A program made the translations under genes and the position numbers. A model generated the notes under the pieces. The model ran no database searches. It was not told the DNA's origin and saw nothing but the letters and a program-made list of their open reading frames with translations. Positions 38,201-49,400 of a DNA stretch of 64,000 nt are shown piece after piece (the first letter of the stretch is position 1; every line of letters begins with the position of its first letter). The stretch spans positions 1 to 64,000 of the forward strand of contig DF237219.1 in the NCBI GenBank assembly GCA_000708835.1. The letters are read 5' to 3'. This DNA is from Klebsormidium nitens. Lineage: Eukaryota; Plantae; Klebsormidiophyceae.

Positions 38201-39328
38201 TGCGTCCTTTGTTTGGTCCCAGTGTACCCCCAACATTTTTGGATTGGTTGGGACTCGGTCGGTGAGTGCGCGCCAAACGGTCTAGGAGGTCTACCTGAAG
38301 GGCTTTCGGTTGATTTCGGGGACGGTTGCATAGACCATGCTCCGATCGCCGGAAATGCAAGTGCTTCACAACTCAAGAGCGCCTTTCAGAAGCGCCCTCC
38401 TCCTCACGCCGTGGTCTTCTGTGCGTAGAAGAGCGGCGGCGCGCCCGCGTGGCTGCGGTCGCATCGCGGCAGTTTCTCGGGCCTGCGGGAGGGCGCGCAG
38501 CTGCCGCCCAACGTGGCGCTCACCACGCTGCAGCAGCTGCCCGACGGGACGGTCCTCCTGCGGCTGGCGCACCTGTACGAGGTGCGCCACGAGGACCTCC
38601 TGACTGATCGCTGACGTCGTGCTGACGCCTTGCCCGGCTTATTAAAGCCCTGCACGATTGCTTGGGACTTGTGTGCTGAGTCTACGTACAGTGTGCTCAG
38701 AGCAGTCACAATCGTTGGTGAATTAGAGAGCGAACCAGAGAAAGTTGTGAGTTTGGACGGACATTTTCCTCGTTCAAGCGGGTGCGAGGACGGTCTCCTT
38801 TTGAGTGCCTAGTCACAGCAACCCTCAGAATTCTAACCTCTCCGTTCAGGTGGACGAAGATCCTGAGCTGTCGCAGCTGGCACGCGTGAACCTACGGGCC
38901 CTCTTCCCCACCAAGGTAAGCCCCAGCGCTGCTCTCAGCTGAGACCTCGCACCTGGCTGCGTCCAAGTGGGTGTGGTCTGAGGTGCCGTCTTCGGGCTTA
39001 CTGAAGAGCCCGCTGTCGGATCTTTTCGCCCTTTTGGACAAATAGGAAGGGAGGGAGGCGAGTGCTCTGCTCCATGCACGTTGTTGTGTAAGCAGGACTC
39101 ACGATCCAGCTGTCACCTGCACAGATCGAAAAGGCAACGGAGCTGACGCTGTCCGGCAATCAGCCCAAGTCTGCGGTGAAAAAGAAGGTGTGGCGGGTGG
39201 AGGGCGAGGAGAGCACCCGGCACGCCAGCCTGAGGGGCGGTCCCTTCAAGGACGACGACCTGACCGTGGAGCTAGGGCCGCTGGAGATCCGCACCTTCGG
39301 GATCCTTTTTGCGGAGAAGGTCATGTAG
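29254..39328 (+). CDS. Glycoside hydrolase family 38 alpha-mannosidase (vacuolar/lysosomal type)
   Basis: More than 20 exons and an N-terminal signal peptide. Motifs: [20 protein letters not shown] (Zn site), [10 protein letters not shown] (nucleophile), [56 protein letters not shown]; stop at 39326-39328. Confidence 0.96.
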
Positions 39329-39938
39329 TCAGGACCTGGCCCCCAGGTTAGTCCCCGGTTCAAGTGGCACCTCGTCTGGAGGAGGTGGCCTTGCAATTGG
39401 AGTCGGTAGGTGAAATGGATGTACCTTGAGCTGATGCGCGGTCAGAGAGGCACGCGAGGTTCCGAACATGAGATACTTCTATGACAAGATTGCCATCACA
39501 ACAGTTGCTCAGATAGTCAATTCACTTCCTCGTGATTGTTAACAATCTCAATCTTGATTTTTGAATCTCTGAACCTGTTGCGATACAAAAGACACACCAA
39601 AGGCCCGACTCTGAAGCTAAGTCCATAATCTTCCGTTCAATCAGTGTCATTTAACAATTGTATTCTCCGTTGAGCAATCAGTCTTGGATCACTGTGCGTC
39701 GCTCGTTTTCCAATGCGTGGATCTACTCATCACTAATTCCATACATGTACGCATCCATGCGTGTCACCAAGTTCTGCACGCTGACTCAATTCATGCATTG
39801 TCTTGCTCATGCATGCACTGGGCCTTAATGCTTTATAGCGCATGCAAACTTTCCATATATGCATGATTGGATATATAAGCATGTGGTATACAATGTGAAT
39901 TAACTAAATTACTGAAATGTCGGCTGTGGGGACTTACA

Positions 39939-40286
39939 NNNNNNNNNNNNNNNNNNNNNNNNNNNNNNNNNNNNNNNNNNNNNNNNNNNNNNNNNNNNNN
40001 NNNNNNNNNNNNNNNNNNNNNNNNNNNNNNNNNNNNNNNNNNNNNNNNNNNNNNNNNNNNNNNNNNNNNNNNNNNNNNNNNNNNNNNNNNNNNNNNNNNN
40101 NNNNNNNNNNNNNNNNNNNNNNNNNNNNNNNNNNNNNNNNNNNNNNNNNNNNNNNNNNNNNNNNNNNNNNNNNNNNNNNNNNNNNNNNNNNNNNNNNNNN
40201 NNNNNNNNNNNNNNNNNNNNNNNNNNNNNNNNNNNNNNNNNNNNNNNNNNNNNNNNNNNNNNNNNNNNNNNNNNNNNNNNNNNNNN
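39939..40286. other. Assembly gap (N run)
   Basis: Run of N. Confidence 1.
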
Positions 40287-40675
40287 CTTGTTGACCCGGG
40301 TGTAGTTAGTGAAATGGACGGTGACTAGCAGCCTGCAAAAAAAATGAACGATGCCGCGCTAGCTGTAATCACAACGGTCTAAAGAGGTTAGCTACATTCT
40401 GGTGCAATACATACTCGTGACGAGCTCCGGTTTACTCCTACTTCAATAGCCTAGCTAGGTCAGGGGAAGGTTCATGAATAAGCAAAACAGCAAGGGACAG
40501 AGAATATGCTCATACACAGTTGATCTGTCCTGTTAATCGAGGTATCCTGGCCTGCTGTTAACGACATCTTACGAGGCGTTCCAGGATCTTTGAGCGTTCT
40601 GTCATTCTAGCCCGTATTCGGTTCTATGCATTGAACGGGCCTGATCTCGGACAGTCTGATAGAACAAGACGTGCC

Positions 40676-43600
40676 TCATTGGCCTGTCGATCGGCACGCC
40701 GCACAGCCGAGGCAGTACTCCTCCCCTTGTCGCGGATGCTCCACCCCCAGCTTGCACCGCGTGGCCCCGGGGCACGGCTTCACGAGCCCGGGGTTCCTGT
40801 CGGGCCGGCTAGAGTGGCAGTCGTCGCAGAAGTGGGTGTGACCAAAGCAGAAGAACGTGGCGACACTGCAACAGAACCTGCGCACGAAGAAAGCCCCGTG
40901 TTCGACGGCCTAGAGCAGGATCAGGGTCTGAGGCCAAGTCTGCAAAGTCTGAGATCCAGGTTGTCCTTTCAAATGCGCAGCCTCTCCAGGGTCAGAGCGA
41001 GGCCAACCAGAAAAGCTTCACAAGATGAAAGTCGGTTGGGCGGAAATCTTGCCTGCATTTGTATTCGATGAAGTCCCTGCCGTGCCCCCTTTTGCAGAGT
41101 CCCTTGCTGCCCGCCAAGCAGCCCCCGCACACCAGCTCATCCGCCCTGAAAACATTCTCCGCTGGGCCCTCGAATGCAGGTGCGCACCGGCGCTCCCCCC
41201 CGTAGTACGGAACTTTGCACCGGGAGCACAGGTAAAACTGGTACCTGAATTTGAAGCTCAATCGGCTCGGTCAGAAACAGGGGCACGAGGTACACGCTAG
41301 GCAAGGACTTCAACAGAAGAACCAAACTCCTCAAATCTCGGCCTCTCTGTATGAGCTGGGCCTGTCTACATTGTTTCCCGGTCCTCGGAGAGCAAGACTG
41401 GAAGAGATGATTTGACGGCCTTACTGAGCTAGCGCGGCCGCCTCCTCGCCTGCGTCTGCTCCTTTGCTGGCTGCTGCGCGGCGCCGTTGCCGCTGGTCTA
41501 GGGTCAGCCGGAACCGGGCGCGTCCACGCTCGCGGACCTAGACACAAATAGGCCGCCGTATAAAGTACAGCTGGGAGCGAACAAAGCTTTTGTCCAGCTC
41601 AAGGCGGCCAGCAAGAAACGCCCCCTCAGGTGAGCGAGTCGGTTCAATCATATGCGGACCAGATTGAAAATTATCGAAATAGAAAGGACCCGGGTGTTTT
41701 GGCTGGACGTGCCAAGCGGTACTTACCTGCGCCTCCAGCGTGAGCGCAGGTGCGAGGACTTTGTGCAGGCTGGGGTGGCGCATCCGCTCTGAGCAGAGGG
41801 GGCAGCGCAGGAAGCCGAAGCTGATCGCGGGACCGGGGTAGCCTGCACCCGGAGCGTGCCGAGCTTAGACAATTCTCCTTGGTGCGAAAACTGGCGTAGG
41901 CCAATCAAGGCAGTCCACGACGATGTGCTGGAAAGACGGTCGGCTTTGAGAACGGGCTCACAGATCAGCGAGTAAACCGCAGTGCGAGTTGCAAAGCCTG
42001 TTTCAAAGTACTGCATCGAAGAGCGCAACACTGACCTGCCGCAATCTTTTTCTCGGCACACTGGAAGTGCACCACGTGACCACACTCCAGGCGAATCTGC
42101 GAGACCATGTTAAAACAGGTGCCGCGCTTCAGACCAGGAGGTGTGCCAGCTGCGGAACAGACGGCAACTGGAAGACTTCAAATTGGAGCTTGCGGTTCCT
42201 CAACAATTGGGAGTGAGTATTATAGAAAAAGGTATGCAAGGATCTCAACAGGCTGAGCCAGATAAAGTATCGAATGGTGACGCACAGATGCTTTTGCTGA
42301 GTCGCAATTGAGTGGTGCGCTCACCGCCGGCCCCTGGCGCAGCGAGTCAACAAAGCAGATGGAGCAGTCATCGTCCGCCCGAGGCAGCGCACCCGCGGGG
42401 TGGGGCCGCCCGTGGGGCTCTCGGCAGGGGCTCTGAGGTTGCGGAGAGAAGCGAGGTCGAGCCGGCTGGCCACGAGATTGGAGGGAGTAGGCAACGAACG
42501 TTGCTGAGCTGATACCTGGGTCGCACCCCAAATTACAGCTTCGCATGGTTTGCAATCCCAGAAGAACGGCTTCACCGCGAAACAGCCTGCCGGTTTCCTT
42601 CAGTCTAGGCAGCGGGGAAACTGCATCACTTGGGCCGCCAGTGATCAGATTGACACGAACAGGGGGCTTACCTCCAGGCACGGCAGGCACTCCCTCTCGC
42701 CCCTGACCCCCCCACAATGGTGCCCGCACGGCAGCATACGGGTGCACGACTTCTCCAGCCTGCTCCAGACAACGACACAACGTGAGCACCTACACAAAGC
42801 CCATGTCCTCAAAGATGAATCGCAACCGGTTGGAATCCGAGGTGTAGCCCCCAAGTCCCTGTCTACTGGCGGGATCACAGTGCATTTTCTCCGGTGACTC
42901 ACCTCTGGCGGCACGCCTGGTCGGGACACACGGATGCGGCCCACAGCAGCACCTCCACCAGCTCCGCCTTCTCAATACACCTGGAACGGTTTATCAGGGT
43001 CACTGTCGACCGGAAGGAGTCAAAAGCCCTAGGACTCGATCGTGCCAACTTCGCACTCATTGTGCTTAGAACCCCGTCAACTATCGGAAAGTGGTCAATG
43101 CGCTGGAATTAACCTGCCAAACTCGTATGACTGACTCCCCCACCTTTTAGTCACAGGGGCCCTTATGGAGAGGGTTTCAGTTGGTCGAAACACCAGGAAG
43201 TGACAATCAGACGATCTCCGAGAGCAGGAATAGACACTAGGGTAAAGCGCAGCATGACGGTCAAAGGCACCCTTCTCGTGAAGAAATTTTATCTACAAGT
43301 CCCTGCTGCTACCTCACCAGCTAGTGTCCACTCTTTCTTGCTCTGATTCGCGCCGGAGCATCTTCACAGGGCGGGCCAGCAACGACGACGTGTCCAGCGC
43401 TTCTCCACACAACGAGTCACAGAAGCGGCAGCGGCGCGCATGCTGCTGCGTGATGTTCTGTATGACCGCAAACGAGCACTGATGTAAGTAACACGAATGA
43501 TTCATGGAGGGATACTTGACTCTGCAGCAATACAAGTCATTTAGCCAAGGGCAGAATCAGAATGTGTTCAGGCCTGCGCTTCCAGTCTCCAAAATTCACA

Positions 43601-44930
43601 AAAAAGGGAGTCTGATAAGTTACTAGGGCATTTTTTACCCCGCCAGATGATTGGTCATCACCATTCAATACTTGCACTCTGAACAAGTTTCTCAGTTTCA
43701 CTCATCAAGTATGGCAGGGCCGGCCTCACCTCCTTGCAGCTGATGCCAAGATGGTAAGGAGCCGTAAGGCAGCCGCCGCAGAAGTCTGTACAGCATTTTC
43801 CGCAGCGGTATAGGAACTTGGCTCGGTGGACCAAAGCCTGGCGGGACAGCGGGGTGCCCGAGGGGGAGCGCTCCAGGAAGGGCGCTGTGCGGTCCAACTC
43901 AGGAACGCCTGTCAGCTCCAGGCCAAAGGGTAGGGGGGCGTAACCAAGCTGGACACGAAGAGGAGACGTTTAAGCAGAGAATTGCGCCCAAGTTCATGAT
44001 GGCTATGAGGGCTTTCAAGTTGGCGCAGTGGAGATCAATGTTGCTGCTTTGAAAGGTCAGATTGTGATTGCCTTGATGCCTGCTGAAAGTGGAGTGCTCT
44101 AATCCCAAATGAACATGGACACAAGCATTGTCTTAAAATGATTTTGAAGTGCATCGGGGAGACATTTGTATGAACAATTCCTTTGATGAGTGTGCTCACT
44201 TTCTCAATGGGAATGCCACATTCTGGATTAAGGCAGTGAATGAAGGTATCATCCTCCTCCAACAAGGTCTCGCTGGCGGCCTCGCACCAGCGGGCAAAGG
44301 CCTCAGGGGCAAGTGCCTGCACAGGTCAAACAACTCACTTAGCTCCCCAATTGAGGACCAGGTCTCCAGCCGACCGTCGCTTGCAGTCCACCTTCTCATG
44401 AAGTGCATTCTCTTTTGGAACAGGCTGGCTTCTCAGGCTATCAGGTTGCCCAAAGCAGACTGAACAAATGGGGTCCTAGAAGCCTGACTTAAGAATCACG
44501 CAGTCACCTGGCAGTCTGCCGCCATCAGCTTCCCGCGGCATGCCTGAGTGGGGCAGCCAATCTCCCACCCGCCGTCTCCAGGTTCTGCTTGTAAGCTGCC
44601 CAGCTCTCGCCCCACAAAAGCTTGGATACAGCTCTTGCAGAACAGGCAGGGGCAGGCAGGCATGGGCACCACCTCGTGCAGCGGGGCATGCCGGGAGCAC
44701 AGCGGGCAGAAGAAAACGTCCTGGCCCTCCTCCGACGCCTCAGGCTGCTCTCTGCTCTGGAAACTCTCAGCCGACGAGTCTGATCCTGCACCTTGTGCTG
44801 CGCTGCGCGGGCGGGCCTCGGCCTCGATCTCCTCAATGTCAGACTCGTCGTCAGTGTCACCTGCGAGACCCCCACGTGCAAAGTGCTCCTCTCCCTCAGC
44901 GCAACGCTCCACCACCGGCTCGAATTCCAT
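40676..44930 (-). CDS. E3 ubiquitin ligase: RING1-IBR fused to a MYCBP2/Highwire-type RING-Cys-Relay (RCR) C-terminal module
   Basis: Twelve in-phase exons. Successive motifs: RING (CPLC..CPCLFCKSC..CPTQAC), IBR (HCLNPEC..CGKCCTDFCGGC..H....C), CRFC..SVCPDQAC, CTRMLPCGHHCGGVRGERECLPCL, RING (DDDCSICFVDSL..LECGHVVHFQC..GPAISFGFLRCPLC), and a tandem-cysteine domain [70 protein letters not shown]. Confidence 0.92.
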
Positions 44931-45030
44931 CCTAACACCGCCAGCACTGGGCGCAGCAACTGCCAACACAGAACGTGAAGGTTCAGAGGGTTTATGAGAT
45001 GCTGAGGCACTGCCAGTGCAGGCTCATCCT

Positions 45031-45051
45031 TTAACACACACACACACACAC
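45031..45051. repeat. (AC)n microsatellite
   Basis: An ACACAC... run upstream of the ligase gene. Confidence 0.85.
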
Positions 45052-45292
45052 GAGCCCGGTATAAATGGGTCGGCAACGCCAACAGTCCGAAGATATAAGA
45101 GTCCGGTCTCGGTCTAGGATCCTCCTACCTTAGGATCCTTTAAGGTATTTGGCTGCCAGTGCAGAGGGAACCCTCAACTTCACTGGCATTGCATTAGCAG
45201 CAACCCGAAATGGGGTTTTGGCACCAGATGCGGAGGTCGACTGCCGGCCCTGCCGTGACGGTGCTCATGCCGGCAGAAATTAAGGTTTTACC

Positions 45293-45327
45293 GGTAGTCG
45301 GTAGTCGGTAGTCGGTAGTCGGTAGTC
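45293..45327. repeat. (GGTAGTC)5 heptamer tandem repeat running into an assembly gap
   Basis: Five perfect copies directly abutting the N run. Confidence 0.95.
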
Positions 45328-46033
45328 NNNNNNNNNNNNNNNNNNNNNNNNNNNNNNNNNNNNNNNNNNNNNNNNNNNNNNNNNNNNNNNNNNNNNNNNN
45401 NNNNNNNNNNNNNNNNNNNNNNNNNNNNNNNNNNNNNNNNNNNNNNNNNNNNNNNNNNNNNNNNNNNNNNNNNNNNNNNNNNNNNNNNNNNNNNNNNNNN
45501 NNNNNNNNNNNNNNNNNNNNNNNNNNNNNNNNNNNNNNNNNNNNNNNNNNNNNNNNNNNNNNNNNNNNNNNNNNNNNNNNNNNNNNNNNNNNNNNNNNNN
45601 NNNNNNNNNNNNNNNNNNNNNNNNNNNNNNNNNNNNNNNNNNNNNNNNNNNNNNNNNNNNNNNNNNNNNNNNNNNNNNNNNNNNNNNNNNNNNNNNNNNN
45701 NNNNNNNNNNNNNNNNNNNNNNNNNNNNNNNNNNNNNNNNNNNNNNNNNNNNNNNNNNNNNNNNNNNNNNNNNNNNNNNNNNNNNNNNNNNNNNNNNNNN
45801 NNNNNNNNNNNNNNNNNNNNNNNNNNNNNNNNNNNNNNNNNNNNNNNNNNNNNNNNNNNNNNNNNNNNNNNNNNNNNNNNNNNNNNNNNNNNNNNNNNNN
45901 NNNNNNNNNNNNNNNNNNNNNNNNNNNNNNNNNNNNNNNNNNNNNNNNNNNNNNNNNNNNNNNNNNNNNNNNNNNNNNNNNNNNNNNNNNNNNNNNNNNN
46001 NNNNNNNNNNNNNNNNNNNNNNNNNNNNNNNNN
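45328..46033. other. Assembly gap (N run)
   Basis: Run of N. Confidence 1.
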
Positions 46034-46482
46034 TATAAAATAAATTGATTGATTGATTGACCGGTACACGGAGACTCGACTTCCGTTCAACAGCCAAGAA
46101 CCGCTCGGACCTTGGTTGACCAACCGGACTGTGAAAGCTCGATGGTGTGATTGTATCACTCTGGTCAAGCTTGACCCAGGCTTGACCCGGTTGAGCTGAG
46201 CTGCATGCAAGGGCTGCATGAGACTGCGGCCCTGGGGCCCGGGGTGGGGCGCCACGGCCAGCATGTTGACAACCAAATAGGTAGTGGGTGCGGGCAAGGG
46301 CATATGGCGGCACAGCTCTAAGATAAGCAGCAGGCCCCCTCTGTTCGTTGGGATGTATGCATAATCTGTGCGGAGGGGGACGCTTTTGGATCCTGGGGCT
46401 CACCTGCATGTTCTTCGCAAAGGTCACCAATTTAACCACTTTGAGAGGGACAGCAGCGGAGGGCAGTCAAGAATCTGGAAGC

Positions 46483-49400
46483 ATGACGTTCAGCCCGGGC
46501 ACTCTGGTCTACCTATCAACTTTGATGTTGGTGGTGCTAGCGGGGGGGGTGGAAGCTGCTCGCGACCCCCATCAGAGACAGGCAGGAGCAAGGGAAGGAA
46601 GCTGGCCGCCACGCTTTGCAGGACATGTGAAGGATATAGCCTCCGCTGATACCCTGTATCATGAATTGGGCCACAGCCATAGTGAGCACATCCCCCAAGA
46701 GGAAGGCTCCACGCGTTGGTTCACCAGGCGAAGCGACATTTTGGGAGGGCGCCCCCTCGCCACTGTCACGTACGTCCTTGAGGCCGTCAAACGGTTTGAG
46801 AGACGGCATGCAAGTGCGTTTGGGAAGGCACCGGAGCGCACGCGGCGGCGGCACCTCTTGGCAAGCACACTGCCACTGGGAGCGAACCCCAATGCGACAG
46901 CGCTGCAAGGAGAGCTTGATGTTGACAGGTGCGCTCGCAATCATAGACAACTCGTTGGTGCAGATTGGTTGCACGGAGCTTGTGATGACGCCTTAAATGG
47001 TGCTGATGTTGAGAGGTGGCCACATGCATGACGTCACTGCTAGACGTCATGAGCAGTGCCCCAAAGCGAGAGCTTTGATGACCGTACGTCCTTCTCTTGG
47101 TTGCGCACATTCTCCCGTGTTTGGGCCCAGTTGACGCCGCACGTTTGTGGACCTGTTGCCTGCAGCCTGTACTGGGCTACCCTCAAGCTAGGAACCCCCC
47201 CAACACAGACGGCCACTGTGCAGATTGACAGCGGGAGTGATCTCCTCTGGATACAGTGCCACGAATGTGGCAACTACTGTGTTCCCACCAAGGTATCGAT
47301 GCAAGGTTGTTCAAGAGACATTGGAATGCTGCTCAACCTCCCTACCTCAGAGACTCCTTCCGTGGCCCACAGTATATCCCAGTCTTTTTGTGGTGCTCTA
47401 GAACTCACTGGTGTTAGTTTCCGGCTACGTCAAGCACAGTGCCTTGATCATACTTCCAAGAGGGCAATCAATGGCTGGTTAGTGCAAGTTGGAACATTAT
47501 GTCTCCCGGCATGTTCTTGGCATGGCCTTTTTCACTCATAGATTGTGGAGTCAGCCGAAACTCCCTGGGCTGGGGCCGTGTCCGGCTGGCCCCTTGCAGC
47601 AACAACATCCCTTGCCCTCCTGACGGCTTCCGCAACTTCTTTTCTGTGCGCAGGTTGTCCCGTATCGTTCGTCTGCCTCCAGCACCGCGACGTATGCCGC
47701 GTGCAGCCAGTGCCCCTCGCTAAATGCAACGCTGTGCCCGGTGGGGCAGTGCAGCATAGCATGCACGCGCTCCGGAATGAGCGCGCCATCCCCCTCCAAT
47801 GTCTGCCAGTCAGTCTACGGTTATGGGGACAACTCGCAGGTGCTCTTTAACGTACAGAGTGACATGATCACCTTCTCCCAACTGGGCGGAACCACTTTGG
47901 GCACACCCATCACTTTTGGGTGAGCGGTGGATCCATCTGATTTGATTTTGTGCCTTCATCTGAGATGATTCTGTTCAGTGGGAAAGTTTGTGGGGCAGTG
48001 GTACGTTTGTTCCACTGTGGCTGGAAACAATATGCTGAAGGTCCGTCGCCCAGGGCCTAGCGGCAGAGAAGCTTCGACCGGCAGTCTATCAGCAGCTTAT
48101 AGAGGCGTGTATTGTACCCTGCGTAGGTGCGACATTGCTGAGACTCCAGGCTTGATCACGAATTCCAAGGTGAACGGCCTCGCTGGCTTGGGGCGCTCCA
48201 ATCTGTCCATCCCCAGCCAACTGTATGCGGCCGGCAAGATCAAGCAGGACTCCTTCTCCGTGTGCCTGGGCGGCTTTGAAGGAGGCGGCGCGCTGCTGTT
48301 TGGCAACGATACCATGCCCCCCCAAGCAATGGTGTACACACCCATGGGGAACGGCTCCCTAGACACGTGAGCCTCCGCAAGAGCAGTCATCGACTCATCG
48401 AGTGTACTTCGTAGATTATCCAGCTTTTGACTTGAGACTAATTGCCAGGATGTGCCGATGTTTTCCTCAGAGTTTAAGTTGCTGTTAACGGAAGTTCGGC
48501 AGGCGCTCCAGCTGCACTGTTTGCTCCTGTCTCATGCCGGGCTGCTTCGTCTGTGGCCCTGCAGGCTCTACAATGCGACCATGACTTCCGTGACGGTTGG
48601 CAACGTCACGCTCAACGCGTCCGCCGCTGCCTTCTACAACGGATCCAACGATCGGCCCGATGCCATCTTTGACACCGGCTCCGACCTGATTGCCCTCCCC
48701 AGCCTCTTGTACAACGCCATCTTTGCACAGGTGAGGCAGCCGGCCGTCTCAGCGGGAAATGTGGCGTTTCTTGTGACTCTGGCCAACTTCCTCCATCGAA
48801 ACGATAAACTAGAGGTTGCCGACTCAGGACTGCCCAACGAAAACTGGCAGCTTTGGTTCACCTACTGATAGTCGGACTGATCGGGGTTCGTAGGTGTGGA
48901 GCTTCCTTTGCAACTTCCTGGGTTTTCGCCTTAATTAGTCTGTCGTTGATTGATCACACCGCAGGATACCGTTCACGGCTCTTTCTTATCCATTCACATA
49001 CTGGCAGGAGAGAATTTCCGCACTTCAAACCGTGTCCTTCCGTCGACCTTCGTTTCCGCAGTTGAATAAGAGCGTCACTCTTCCTCCCGTCTCATTTAAC
49101 ACCCTCCTCAACGGCGGGACACCTCCGACCCCTTCCCCGCCCCCCGCACCTGCCCCGCCCGGCAGCACCCCTTCTTTTGCCAACAGCCTCGGCTTCCCCA
49201 CGTGCTACCAGCTGGATGCCGCCCTTGCCACCAGTCGAGCGCCGTACGACGCCAACACAAATTTCCCCCTGCTCTCGTTTACGTTCCCCGGCAACGCGAG
49301 CCTCGTGTTGCACCCGGACGACTACGTCCAGTTCATCATACTTGAAGACCCACTGGTGAGTGCCGCGCCATGTGCCCAGCCCGCTTGTGCCTGCAATAGC

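Noticed and set aside
39917-40294. 125-aa ORF
   Set aside because: Almost entirely N.
45194-46439. Long ORFs of 369 and 383 aa
   Set aside because: Artefacts of reading through the N gap and the GGTAGTC repeat.
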